DNA from: Obrimoposthia wandeli
Lineage: Eukaryota
NCBI GenBank assembly: GCA_977020255.1
Contig: CDROCS010002224.1
Coordinates: forward strand, 372,001-436,000
Direction of reading: 5' to 3'
DNA length: 64,000 bases
The notes under the pieces are model-generated. The model worked only from the letters and a program-made list of their open reading frames with translations, ran no database searches and was not told the origin of the DNA. This document shows, piece by piece, positions 1 to 11,546 of this stretch (positions are counted from its first letter, which is position 1; each line of letters starts with the position of its first letter). The translations under genes were made by a program, and so were the position numbers.

Positions 1-226
1 TCGCCTATATTTTCTCGTTGAAAAATTTGTATCGGGTTTATCGGGTTTTAAACTTTGCCGGTACCAGTACACATTTTTTCAATTTTTAGACTAATTTCTT
101 GGATTTTCACAGTTTGAATCTATTTAGAACATATTTTTAAATACAATACTAGGCAATCAGTCTTCCGTTATTAGTTGTTACCAATGAATTATTAAGACGC
201 GTCATAAAAAGTATATAGGTTTATAA

Positions 227-1330
227 CAATCGTTTCCAAAGTGGGCGATATCGCCTCCTTGGGGCGATGAAATTACATAAGTTGAAATTATGAACAGGGA
301 TGAGAGGCAGTGATATCACTTTCCTTAACAATTTGTATTTGTTTAAAAATCCAATCCTAATTAAATAAATATTTATTTCTTGTTTCATGACGAAATTTTA
401 AATTTTATTAAAAGTTCTGCATAATATTTGATTTTGTGGATAAAATTCAAAATTATGAATATAATTTATTATTTGAAAATTTCAGCTTTTATTTAAGTTT
501 TTTTAAATTATTTAACATAAATACTAGTTAGCTGCATTATTTTCAATGAGTATCTTAACAATTATTTTAAAATTTTTATTTACAAATCTATGTTTAGCCT
601 TCATAATCCATACATAATTTACTTTAAAGAAAAACATGTTATAAAAATCCTCAGAATCCAAGAAGAAATGTAGACAATAAAGAATATCTGAAGTATGGAT
701 TTATATATTCACCAACAAACAATCAGCTCCCAATGAGCTAAAAAAGCAAAAATATAACCTCCAATGAAACAATGAAACTTTCCAGATTGAAATTTTTTTT
801 TAGAATTTGTACAGTGACCCGGTCGATGAGAACATTAGTTAATTTGACTTTTTGTGCAATCGTTCTGAAAGGGATTGAAAATAGGTTCCAATGCTTCCAA
901 ACGAAACATTGACGGTTTGGTGCACCTTACAATATTTTTTTGCTGGTTGCAAAGTCTGGCAAACCACATGCAATTGGCGAAGAATTAATTCTTCCAGCAA
1001 TTAATGAAGTTCTGAGTACTCTTTTTTCATAAATCACCACATGATACAATTAAGATAATTTCTCTGAGCATCAAATCAGTTCGAAAATACATTGATGGAA
1101 TGCGTCAGAAAATTGAAGATTAATTGTGAAATATGCTAAGAACAATAGAATTTAAATTACAGTTAGGCGAATCAATATTTTCTGATAATTAATCCCTCCT
1201 TCTCGATTATGTTCACTTTATAAAATACCAAAATGTATCCCAAAAGTTATTATTTATGAGACTACATATTCTAAAGATGAGTTAATATTTACTAATGTTG
1301 ATCAGTTTTTCAAAGAAAATGAAATTTGGT
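227..1330 (+). mobile_element. Decayed hAT (Buster/ZBED8-FAM200-like) DNA transposon relic
   Basis: Charlie-type end (caatcgtttccaaagtgggcgatatcgcc) at 227. Broken frames give EYLKYGFI.SP.N.QLPM, IAKSGKPH.IGEELILPAINEVLST and ISLS...IDGM, typical of ZBED8/SCAND3-like transposases. Many stops and frameshifts. Confidence 0.7.
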
Positions 1331-2823
1331 CACTATCGAGGCTGGGTTGCTTACTTGGTAATGTTTCTACTTGAACGAATTAATTCTGTACTATTGAAGC
1401 TTCCAAATTGATTCCCATATGGTACTGTGTGATATGTAACTTTTCAGCTTATGTATTGATTATTGATCCATGTGAACCCAAATAATCTTACTAGAGTAAT
1501 GAGAAAATATTATCACTCATTGGTAGTTTAGCACATTCTAGTTATACATAGATCATAACGCAGCTCTTTCTAATTTGAATTAGCTATTTAAGATAATTAT
1601 TTTCCAAGCCTATGTTTTAAAAATGTTGGGGATAAAGTTTGTATACTGGTCTTACTGAAGAAACTGTTCAAATTTATGTTATCCAAAGGTTTTTGAAAAA
1701 AGATCAATTCTAATTTAGATCACTAAATTGAAAGTAAATTCCAACGTTACTAAACAATCCTTGAATATACAAAACAAAGTTTATTAATATATCAGTACCA
1801 TAACGGGTCTGTAAGTTTAGATTGTGTTTGCTTTTCTCGATGCTTCTTATATAATATAATTCTACGCATATGATAATTATCTTTCTTCTAATTGGTTATT
1901 TCTCTGTTGAGCTGCTAATGGCAGCTTCTCTACTGACAATGACTCACTAGGGAGATTATAAAGCTCTACAATTTCTATTAACAACATACATGTGACTAAA
2001 CAATATTTGTTACTAAATTACAGACTAAATCGTTGCGTTGTCCTTAATTAATTATAACACTACATAGTCATGAGTAATTGACATTTATTACGGCCTTAAT
2101 TTTCATAACTAATGTTTATAATTTTAACTCTTATAATTTTCTAATTAAAACTACTTAATACTAGCATCTCGTTTATGAGACGGTGAGTTTTAAGCTTAAT
2201 ATCTATATAAATATATATACTTTCATAATTTTATCGCTCCAAAATATTTATAAAAACGTGAATTAGTAGGAACAAAATACAAGATTTTTGTATTATTTAC
2301 TGTTTTAGTAATATTCCAATATATCCCAAACATGTCATTAAAGCATGCATTTATTTGTAGGATGTAATAATAATTAAAAAACAAAATATAGATCTTGATC
2401 ACACATAAAAGACTTATATTAGACATGCCGATTACCTGAATTGTTATGAGGCTGAGAAAATTATTAGCGTTAATCAGTTTCGTATCGCTTCTTTAAATCA
2501 TCAAGTTCTATCCTATATACAATTCTAAAATAGCTTTAAAATGTTTTGATTATAAACGGAGATGGATTAGCAAGATTGAAAGTTTAGCTTATGGACATTA
2601 TAGTTTAATTCGATAATCTTTTTGTTAATATAATTTTAATAAGTTTTTATCCTGAAATTTGTAAGTCAATTTAATCCCAAAATAATTTAAAATTATACTA
2701 TTCATTTTTGGTTATGAAAATATTTATATCTGCACACACTTATACACAAATATAATGTTATGATGACTTAATGAATATTGTATATAAAAATTGTGTGTAT
2801 GTCTTGTCTTTTTCATCACATAA

Positions 2824-3260
2824 CAGGTGTGGGTAAACTGCGGCTAGCGAGCTTCACGATGCTCTTTCATATCTTGAATGCAGCTCATAATTGCAACAGA
2901 GTAAATATTGGTTTTGATTTCAGTCATTTTCAATATAAGGACATATTCATGAAATATGGGTATAAATATTGAAAAACTAATTTAAAAAAAGTATAAATCA
3001 AAGCCATATTGTAATTCACTGATTTTTTTAAATCAAAGGAAAAATGTTATTCACAATTACAAAATGACGAGTGGACTAAAAATTTAATTTTTTTTCTGAT
3101 TTAATACTACATTTATAAATGCTTAAAGATTAAAGATAAAAATATTCATGATTTAAGTCAGACCAATAACAGCTTTCAAAACAAAATAAAGCTCTTCCAA
3201 AATGATGTAATTACGAAAAAATTTATAATTTTCCTATTATGAAGGATAAATTAAACAATG
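2824..3260 (+). mobile_element. hAT (SPIN/GTF2IRD2-like) relic
   Basis: hAT-type terminus caggtgtgggtaaactgcggctagcgagc. Degenerate coding WTKNLIFFSD..LH....KI.....IHDL...I.AF..KIKLF.ND at about 3070-3205. Confidence 0.45.
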
Positions 3261-3466
3261 TACAGTTTCAAAAACTTAAAGCCTGATATATAGGATATAA
3301 AGGATTAATTTGATTAGTTAACCAGTGAAATAATTATTTTATTTTTAAGCATTTAACTTTAATCATTAATTCATTTCATGGTATTTTAAAATTATCTTGA
3401 CATGTTATGTGCTATGAGATTGAAAATTCTGGAAAATATTTTCCAGATTTATACAAATCGATATTT

Positions 3467-4510
3467 CTAGCAGTAACTCTTTAAGTTCTGGCTGGTAGAT
3501 GCTGATGGCAGAGGAGAAGCAATCTCCCAAGCCCTGGCTAAATTTTGGCTTATACTCAATGAAGCCGGTGCCATCTCCTGTAGACGTCGTTGACTGTGAG
3601 GCGGACTAATCTCGATCGGAGAGACTGGTATCGTCTCGTACAGAATTGGCCCGTCGACCACTGGAAATTGGAAAATCTCCTGCAGGCCAAACATCGCCTC
3701 AGAAGAATTGAGCATTGTGGTGCGACATTTTCTCGAACGTTTCGTCTTTCGCACCTCTGCTCGCTTCGTCCGTTTCTTGGGGAAAGGAGCACTTTCTCCC
3801 CATGCCTCCTCAATTATCTGGACGAGTTCCTGAAACAACAACAAAAAATAATTAAATTTTTAATTAAATTTTTAATTAAAAAATTATAATTAAATATTTA
3901 AAAATTTACCTCAATAATCGGATATGGAAGTTTTTCCTGCCGCTCCATCAACACCTCGATAGATTTGAGCTGACAAGATTTCACCTTTTTAGGGCGCCTC
4001 GTCTTCCGCACAGCAGCCCGCTTCATTTGTCTCTGCGAGAAAGGGTAAATTTTTCCCCACGTCTCCTCAGTTAATTCTATTAGTTCCTGCAACAAAAAAC
4101 ATCAATAAAATTTAAACATATAAATAATTTACCTCAATGACAGGCAGATTAGCTTGTTTCACCAACTTGGCCTTCTTCCGATGGACCGTCTGGGTTTTGA
4201 CCCGATGGCGTCGCGGTTACCTAATCGCCGCTTGCTTTCTATCCACCGGTTGAATAGGCGACGCTTCTTCGAGAAAGTTCTCCACATATGTGAATTATTA
4301 AATTTGATATCTAATTAAAATATAATTTACCTTAACATTATCTGGAGACGCTAGGTATTGGAGCTCACTTCTTGGCAGCTACTGGCTACATTGACTCGCC
4401 AAATATTTCGGTTCTATGAGCCTCTCCCCCGTGGTCACTGACGTTGCCAAATCGAGTTGAAGTTTCTGAAAATGAAATTACAAAACATTTTAAATAAATT
4501 AATAGACTAA
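3467..4510 (-). pseudogene. Relic paralog of the Polinton multi-exon accessory gene (exons 2-4, with exon 4 duplicated)
   Basis: Clear nucleotide similarity to 20780-21510 with the same intron positions. Shares GPILYE.IPVSPIEIS.P.SQRRLQE with ORF 20401-20970. Contains in-frame stops. Confidence 0.85.
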
Positions 4511-4699
4511 CCTCAGCGGATTTTTTCGCGATTCTGTATATATGTATTGCTCGTCAGGCCACTGCGGCCCCGAAGGGCAAGCGTTGACCCTTAGATGGCC
4601 TCTCAGGCCCTTCCTCACTCTGAGGAGCACTATGAGATTTGCAATTTTAAAGGGTGTTAAATGGGATTAATTAATTTTTAGGGTGTTGGGGGGAGATAG

Positions 4700-4792
4700 A
4701 AAAAATGAACTCCACACACATGCACGGCTTTAAAGGACAGTGGTAGCCCCCTCGGGGGAGGGGAAAAGGGGTGGATTAGACTGGACACATCC
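4700..4792. repeat. Polinton TIR-end remnant
   Basis: ctccacacacatgcacggctttaaaggaca...ggattagactggacacatccac matches the right terminus at 23610-23685, but the final CTACT is missing. Confidence 0.8.
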
Positions 4793-4794
4793 AC

Positions 4795-5271
4795 ACACAA
4801 AATATATTTTCCAAATCGAATCAACAATGTCTGGATAATCAAAATGTTTCCATCCCAAAATCATAACTTTACCACTGGAAAATATATTTACACATAGCGG
4901 TTTAAACTTCAAATAACTGAGAGCAGGAAACATTCCGGTTCAAACATGCATTATTTTTTCATTTTCTCTGCAATTTTATAAAGATTTATTTGTTTCCGGA
5001 GATTAGCTGAAATCGTGATTGATTGTATTGCAGTGATTTGAATTCCAAATGGTAAATTGAACTTAAGCAAAGGTATTTTGCATCCTATAACACGACAACT
5101 TCCTAAAAGAATTCAATATGAAATAAAATAAAAACTAACCTGAGGGCAAAATAACAATTATGAAATCATAAAACATTTTCACATATATTGTCTCGGCTTC
5201 CATTCATTGAATGGTAAGTACAAAACATCATCTTCTATTCTGCCTTTATCATTTATATTTACGAGTTTCAT
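4795..5271 (-). pseudogene. Second copy of the Polinton TBP-like gene, uninterrupted but decayed
   Basis: Reverse complement of 8221-8415 joined directly to 10080-10350. Same intron position (about 5103-5139). GAA>TAA stop and a frameshift near EPE.FPAL. Confidence 0.85.
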
Positions 5272-6182
5272 TCAACTGGATTGTATTCTGTAAATTCTTC
5301 TTTATGTATGTCTGAATCTGCTTTTTTATTGAACAATTTTTGTAATTATCTTGCAAACCTATTATAATTGGATGATATATTTCTTCCAATCAATTTTGAT
5401 TTTTAAAAATAGATTTAGTCCAATCAAAATCAATACTTTAGTTATATTAACCAATGAGATTCATGTCCATGTTACAAATTAGTAACAAACATGCACCATT
5501 GAGTATTTAAGGGATTTTAGACTTTACCAAAAGGCCCCAAAAAACAGAAGAACTTAATTAAGAAAACAGAAGTACAATTAAGGAAAAATCGAAAAGGAAT
5601 CAAGGTAAGAAAAATTAGCACTTAGCTAAATTAATTTCTTCCGTATAGAGTGCTCGACAAGGAAACAAACAGCAGACAGGAGTCCATTAGCCGTAAGTGG
5701 GAGCCTCGTATAAAAGGAAAGTGTCAAATTAAGAAGGACAATAATAAAATTCGAGGATCAACTCTCAGACAGCAATAAAGTACGTTTTAGCCATATTTAA
5801 TTATACTATATTAAAAAAGAAGTTGCAACCCCGAAGACAACAGACGCGATAGAAGAATACGTGGCCGACTGGAAGAAGACATACCGGAGGACCAAAGAAC
5901 TTAACGGGAATAAAGGAAGGACCGTATTACGCGAGGTGATTCGGACAAGGAGTCCTACCAATCGGACTACAGTTTATTTGAGGTAAGGTGAGCCTGACTT
6001 GATTAGAGGGAGGAAGTCGTAATTGACATCCATCGTTTCTTTAAATTTGAAAAGTTACAAAAGTCGATTATATTTATCAAAGTAAATTTGAAAGTTAATT
6101 GGAAGTTAAATTGTCCCATTTGTATTCTACATTTTATCAAAGTAAATTTGAAAGTTAAATTGTCTCATTTGTAATTCTATAT

Positions 6183-6830
6183 AGTAGGTGGATGTGTCCG
6201 GTCTAATCCACACCCCCTCTCCCCCCTTGTCCTTTAAAACCGTGCATGTGTGTGGAGAAAAAATTTCGTGTAGGTGTGTGGAGTGAAATTTCACTCCACA
6301 CACATGCACGGTTTTAAAGGACAAGGGGGGGTCCCAAAAAAAAATTATCTCCGCCCGGTGCGAAAGGCTCGGGACTCGTGTATATCACTAACGACCTTGG
6401 GTGATGGGCGAATGTCTCGGACTGCTGTATATCACAGACTACCTTGGGTGATGGGCGAATGTCTCGCTCTGGTGTATATCACAGACGTCCTTGGGTGATG
6501 GGCGAATGTCTCGCTCTGGTGTATATCACAGACGTCCTTGGGTGATGGGCGAATGTCTCGGACTGCTGTATATCACAGACTACCTTGGGTGATGGGTGAA
6601 AGTCGTTGGGTGTTGGGTGAAAGTCGACGGGTGATGGGTGAAAGTCGACGGGTGTTGGGTGAAAGTCGACGGGTGTTGGGTGAAAGTCGATGGGTGATGG
6701 GTGAAAGTCGACGGGTGTTGGGTGAAAATCGACGGGTGAAGGGTGAAAGTCGACGGGTGTTGGGTGAAAGTCGATTGGTGAAAGGTGAAAGTCTCGGTCT
6801 GGTGTATATCACAGACTTCCTTGGGTGAGG
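6183..6830 (+). repeat. Left TIR: nested palindrome, 5 x 47-bp units, 10 x 21-bp units
   Basis: 37-bp perfect inverted arms at 6221-6257 and 6294-6330. TATATCAC recurs at 6381, 6428, 6475, 6522 and 6569. GAAAGTC-type unit recurs every 21 bp from 6598 to 6787. Confidence 0.92.
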
Positions 6831-6972
6831 GATGAAAGTGATGATCAAATATCCTTACATGTTAAATATCTATGTCAGTTTTAGAATTTATAGGATAAAA
6901 AATCGGTCAGACCTATATAATTTAGAGGAGCAAAAACAAAATACGAGACAAAATTATTTTTCAAAATATTTA

Positions 6973-7377
6973 TTAAACATAAAACAACATATTGGCTTCA
7001 CTCAAAGTCCAAAGAGGCTGCATTTTCCCGTCATCAGCAAAATATCCATTGAGACGTATTGGGATATTCCATAGTTCTTCATCTAGAATTCGAGCAATCA
7101 AATATCCTAGATCATCTTTAAAATCCAGACTGGGATCAGTTTCAAGCTGGAAACAATTTCCTTCATATAAATAATCAGGAATGTAAAATCCCAAAATATT
7201 TTTCAATTGATCAATATCAGATGTTGTTAAAATTGCGATGAGATATTTATTCTCCACTTTTGATATTTTCACAGAATTCATAACTTGTATAATTTGATGC
7301 CTCTTTAATATATTACATAGTTTTCCTTTTGAAATTCTTTCTGGATAATAAAAATTTGCTACACATCTCTTATCCAT
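6973..7377 (-). CDS. Polinton accessory protein of unknown function (134 aa from MDKRCVANFYYPER)
   Basis: Open frame. TATAAA lies 32-37 nt upstream of ATG 7377. A homologous copy at 24244-24590 shows it is conserved between element copies. Confidence 0.7.
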   Translation of the reverse strand: MDKRCVANFYYPERISKGKLCNILKRHQIIQVMNSVKISKVENKYLIAILTTSDIDQLKNILGFYIPDYLYEGNCFQLETDPSLDFKDDLGYLIARILDEELWNIPIRLNGYFADDGKMQPLWTLSEANMLFYV

Positions 7378-7521
7378 TCTAAAATAAGGAAACTTATTAA
7401 AAACAATGTTTATAAAAAATACACATAAGATACATATAAGATACAAATATTTAAAAAATAAAACTGATTATTAAATGAAAGAAACTTAGTAAAACCGATT
7501 ACAATTTATTACACGCAAAAG

Positions 7522-8004
7522 TTAAAACATAGAAATATGAGCACGTTCAATTTTCCACATAGGCAACTTTGTTCCCATTTCATCTTTCTTGTAACCATAA
7601 AGTCGAATTGTTACAGTCCATTGCTTCTTTATCGGAAATGCATCAATATCAACATATCTTCCATAGTCATCTAGAAATGCTTCATTGGGTCCTCGGATAT
7701 AAAATTCATTCTTATTGAAAGTAAAATTCGGAACTGACTTTTCAATTTTCTGTTTAAGATATTGAAAATCTGGTATTTGAATATTTGATAGATAGTAGCT
7801 GAACTTTCTTCTTTCAATTGTCACAGGATTTACTAAAGCAATCAGTTGAGCCTTCTTCAAGAATCTGACTTTGTATTTGAAATATTGTTTCACTTCTTAA
7901 TACATATCCTTATCCGATTCTTCAAACATTTCCGAATCTTCGTCACCGCTTAATACCCGTTGGCTATCCTCCATCGTTGATAATTGTCTTTGATATGAAT
8001 GCAT
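7522..8004 (-). pseudogene. Polinton accessory gene with acidic N-terminus and one in-frame TAA; possibly SSB-like
   Basis: ATG 8004 (MHSYQRQLSTMEDSQ...DKDMY*EVKQYF) is in frame with ORF 7522-7893. Upstream TATAAAA and CCAAT. C-terminus WTVTIRLYGYKK...PMWKIE. Confidence 0.6.
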
Positions 8005-8220
8005 TTACTATGATTTGTCCTCCAATGGCGCATTATTTTATACTAATTTCTAACAAAAACATGAATCTCATTGGTTAATATAACAAAAGCATTGAATTGG
8101 ATTGGACTAAATATATCATCCAATTATAATAGGTTTGCAAGATAATTACAAGAAACGTGCAATAAAAAAGCAGGTTCAGACATATATAAAGAAGATTTTA
8201 CAGAATACAATTTCAGTCTA

Positions 8221-10396
8221 ATGAAACTCGTAAATATAAATTATAAAGGTAGAACAGAAGATGATGTTTCGTACTTACCATTCAATGAATGGAAGCCGAG
8301 ACAATATGTAGAAAAGTTTGACAATTTCACAGTTGTTATTTTTCCTACAGGTTAGTTTTTTTATTTCCATATTGAATTATTTTAGGAAATTGTCGTGTTA
8401 TGGGATGCAAAATACTGTTGGGTCTTTAATTAAGGTTAGTTAATTAAATTAAAGTCAATTTAAATTGACATTCTTTAAAATTATCTAAAGTGCCCACAAT
8501 TAGGGAGGTTTATCAAATCTCAGCCTCCGACGGGTTGTTAGCCCGTTTCGCCCTGCCGGGCTCGTCAGGAAGGCGGCGGTAAAAAAATGCAAATTTGACA
8601 GCAGATTATTTTTCCGCCCAGTCTACCAGCCTTGCAGCAGATCACCGTCGACATTCGTCCAGTCGGCAACAGTCAGCGGATCCCGGCTACCCACTCTCTT
8701 CCGCCATCCTTCCCCGTCGTTTTTCCGTCATCCTGATCGGTCATCCCGCCTGCCCATACCAATCTAGTAGCCACCATGGATCGGCTAGTCTACTGCTGTT
8801 GTATATCTCTCTTCTCTCTCCCTGTTCCCTTTCCCTCGCTCTATCTGCCAACAATGCTCGTTATGACGAGTCGATTTCCCTACCAACCAGTGCAGCCAAT
8901 CTAGTGCTGATGTCACTTACTTACTCTCCCTGTTCCCTTTCCCTCGCTCTATCTGCCAACAATGCTCGTTACGACGAGTCGATTTACTGCTGTTGTACAT
9001 AGCAGACAGTACTGACCAGTGGCTCGCCGTCAGCAACCACAGCAGCACCTCTCACATAAAAAGGTGTGCCTCTGAAGATCCCTTGCCTCTGAATGGCCTG
9101 GCAAGTGACAGAGCGGGATCGTCGACAACAACATACGTGTGTGCACATAGATCTGCACCAAGCTGGCCTGCATCGACCAGACAGATTTCTCGCCTTCCTC
9201 TCTCTTAGTTTCAGACTCCCTTGTTATGTCTCTCTTCCCGACAGTTTACCATGCTGACCGGTGTTACAAATCTCCAGCATTCTTCGCTGCCGGCCCGCAA
9301 TTCAACAGCAGCCGTAGAAACAACAACGAGCCACTACCGCCAATCACAGTAGGGCCAGAATAACAGATCGAGTTGGTCCAGTTCGCCAAGCTACCTAACC
9401 GATCTAATGTGGACTGAAGATAACGCATATCGCCTATACTGTTGCAGCCACATCTTCTGCCTTTCTATCGGCATCTCCATCAGCGGCATGGATCAATCAC
9501 GACACCAACAGAAGTAGTACTGGTCACCTGATGTCAGCCTGACACTCTAGCAAAGTCGGCTCCTCCCTACATCTACAAACTAGTCTTCTACCTTACTACA
9601 ACAGCAACATGTACTTTCTGCTGTGCCTGTAGTTTATGATTACACAATGCTCTCTCTATATTTGTTGTATCCCACTTTATTTTGTAGAAATTAACTGTTG
9701 TGTTCACATGATTCGGGTGTGCTGTGTGTGCAGTTGTCTAATTGACATTTGACATTTTTGCTATAAATAGCACTCGTCGTTGATCTGGATATTGATGTTT
9801 GTCACGCTTACAATTTATCTCTATTTCATTTTGGATACAATTTATTGAAAACGTTTATGCTTGAAAAAATAAATATTTGATTTTGAATTATTGGATCGTG
9901 TTTATTAAAAAGGAAGTTACGCTCTAACTATATTATAACAATTTGGAGAAATTATTAACCGACAATCCATTACATAACAATTGAATTATTGGATCGTGTT
10001 TATTAAAAAGGAAGTTACGCTCTAACTATATTATAACAATTTGGAGAAATTATATTGAGATATCCATTCATAACAATACCAATGCTTGGGTTCAATTTAC
10101 CATTTGGAATTCAAATCACTGCAATACAATCAATCACGATTTCAGCTAATCTTGGGAAACAGATAAATATTTTTAAAACTGCAAAGAAAATGAAAGAAGA
10201 ATGCATGCTTGAACCAGAAATTTTTCCTGCTCTCAGTTATTTGAAGTTTAAACCGCTATGTGTAAATATATTTTCCTGTGGTAAAGTTATGATATTGGGA
10301 TTGAAAAATTTTGATTATCCAGACATTGTTGATTTGATTTTAGATAATATATCTTATTACATCTTGTTATTTTTTTCTATAAACAAACCCGTTTAA
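8221..10396 (+). pseudogene. TATA-binding-protein-like gene (158 aa reconstructed; 35-nt intron; split by an LTR-like insertion)
   Basis: Join of 8221-8350, 8386-8415 and 10080-10396 is 477 nt and open. Repeat 1: LVNINY...FTVVIFPTGNCRVMGCK. Repeat 2: IQSITISANLGKQINI...LEPEIFPALSY...VNIFSCGKVMILGLK. Compare eukaryotic TBP IQNMVGSCD...YEPELFPGLIY...LLIFVSGKVVLTGAK. Confidence 0.85.
8416..10075 (+). mobile_element. Solo-LTR-like insertion (1660 bp)
   Basis: TGTT...AACA ends. 4-bp TSD ATAC at 8412-8415 and 10076-10079. TATAAATA near 9763 and AATAAA near 9868. Two internal direct duplications of about 70 bp. Absent from the 4795-5271 copy of the gene. Confidence 0.8.
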
Positions 10397-10407
10397 ACTT
10401 ATTGTTT

Positions 10408-10683
10408 CAAATGAATAATACTATAAATAGAGACAATGAAGTGGATCGACTTACCGACGAAATATTTTCTGGAAAAATTAGGGGTAAAGAAATTTTATCA
10501 GAATTAAAAAATAATGATATAACAAGAGATAACATTGAAATATTGGTTAGATCACACGTTATTCGAGAATTTAGAAATCGTACACAAATAAATAAAATTA
10601 TAGCCAAATATTCATTAATTAATTTTTGTATTTCATCTACAATAGCTCTAACATTGTATATTTCAATAAGGAAACTTCTATGA
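10408..10683 (+). CDS. Small protein with C-terminal hydrophobic helix (tail-anchor-like)
   Basis: Open frame of about 90 aa ending LINFCISSTIALTLYISIRKLL, located between the TBP-like and ATPase genes. Confidence 0.55.
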   Translation, partial: QMNNTINRDNEVDRLTDEIFSGKIRGKEILSELKNNDITRDNIEILVRSHVIREFRNRTQINKIIAKYSLINFCISSTIALTLYISIRKLL

Positions 10684-10720
10684 TAATATAAACAATATTA
10701 AAAATGAAAGAGTACATGTA

Positions 10721-11368
10721 ATGGAGCTAAATAATAATGCTGTATTTCAAATAGTTGGTCCCAGTGGAAGTGGAAAGACACATTTCGTATGTAAATTGTT
10801 GCAAAATGAATCTCTTTTCAAATCTAGTTTCAAAAATATTGATTGGCATCATGGTGGAGGAGGGGAAAGCGGATTAACCAAAACATAAGTTTGCAAGTTG
10901 AAGGGAATACAATTTATTGAAGGATTTGATGCAAATTGGTGTGAAAGATTGAAAAAAGAAGATGTAATAATAATTGATGATTTGTATCAGGAAGCTAACA
11001 AGGAATCGGACTTTAATTATTTATTTACAAAGATTGCAAGACATCGTGAAGTAACAGTTATATTTATCACTCAAAATCTTTTTCTCCAAGGAGGTCACCA
11101 TAGAACTAGAAATCTTAATGTGCATTACTTAGTTTTATTTAAAAATCCTAGAGATCAAACAGTTGTTGATTTCGTGGCCAGACAGGTATTTCCCCAAAAT
11201 AAGAACTTTTTAGTTGATTCATTCCACGATGCTGCTAAACAAGCACATTGGTATATATTTATTGACTTTACACAAGCTTGCCCAGATGATTTACGTGTTT
11301 TAACCGACATATTTAATTCTAAGGGAGTAACTGTTTATAAACAAATAGAGAATAATCATAAAAGATAA
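10721..11368 (+). pseudogene. A32/FtsK-like genome-packaging ATPase
   Basis: Walker A GPSGSGKT, Walker B IIIDDL, KIARHR and FITQNLF...R.LNVHYLVLFKNPRD. One in-frame TAA at 10886. Confidence 0.93.
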
Positions 11369-11375
11369 ATTTATA

Positions 11376-11531
11376 ATGCCTTTTAAGAAGTTGATAGTAA
11401 AACATAAAACAAAGCCTAAGAAATCAAAAAAAAGAATCATTAAGAAAAAAGAAGTGAAAAAATTAATCAAATCTGTAGTTAGAAATAAAAAAAAATTAAA
11501 TGTCTTCGAATATAAACAATATTTAAATTGA
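11376..11531 (+). CDS. 51-aa lysine-rich putative DNA-condensing core protein
   Basis: MPFKKLIVKHKTKPKKSKKRIIKKKEVKKLIK..., open, within the virion cassette. Confidence 0.5.
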   Translation: MPFKKLIVKHKTKPKKSKKRIIKKKEVKKLIKSVVRNKKKLNVFEYKQYLN

Positions 11532-11546
11532 ACCATTTTTATAAAA

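Noticed and set aside
5480-6050. Possible LTR upstream of the Polinton
   Set aside because: It has TATA and AATAAA-like signals, but I could not define TG...CA ends or a TSD.
6274-6848. ORFs inside the TIR repeats (also 22279-22670 and 23384-23635)
   Set aside because: They are translations of the 21-bp and 47-bp tandem repeats.
8595-9208. 135-aa and 71-aa ORFs
   Set aside because: They lie inside the LTR-like insertion, reflect its internal duplication and show no domain motifs.
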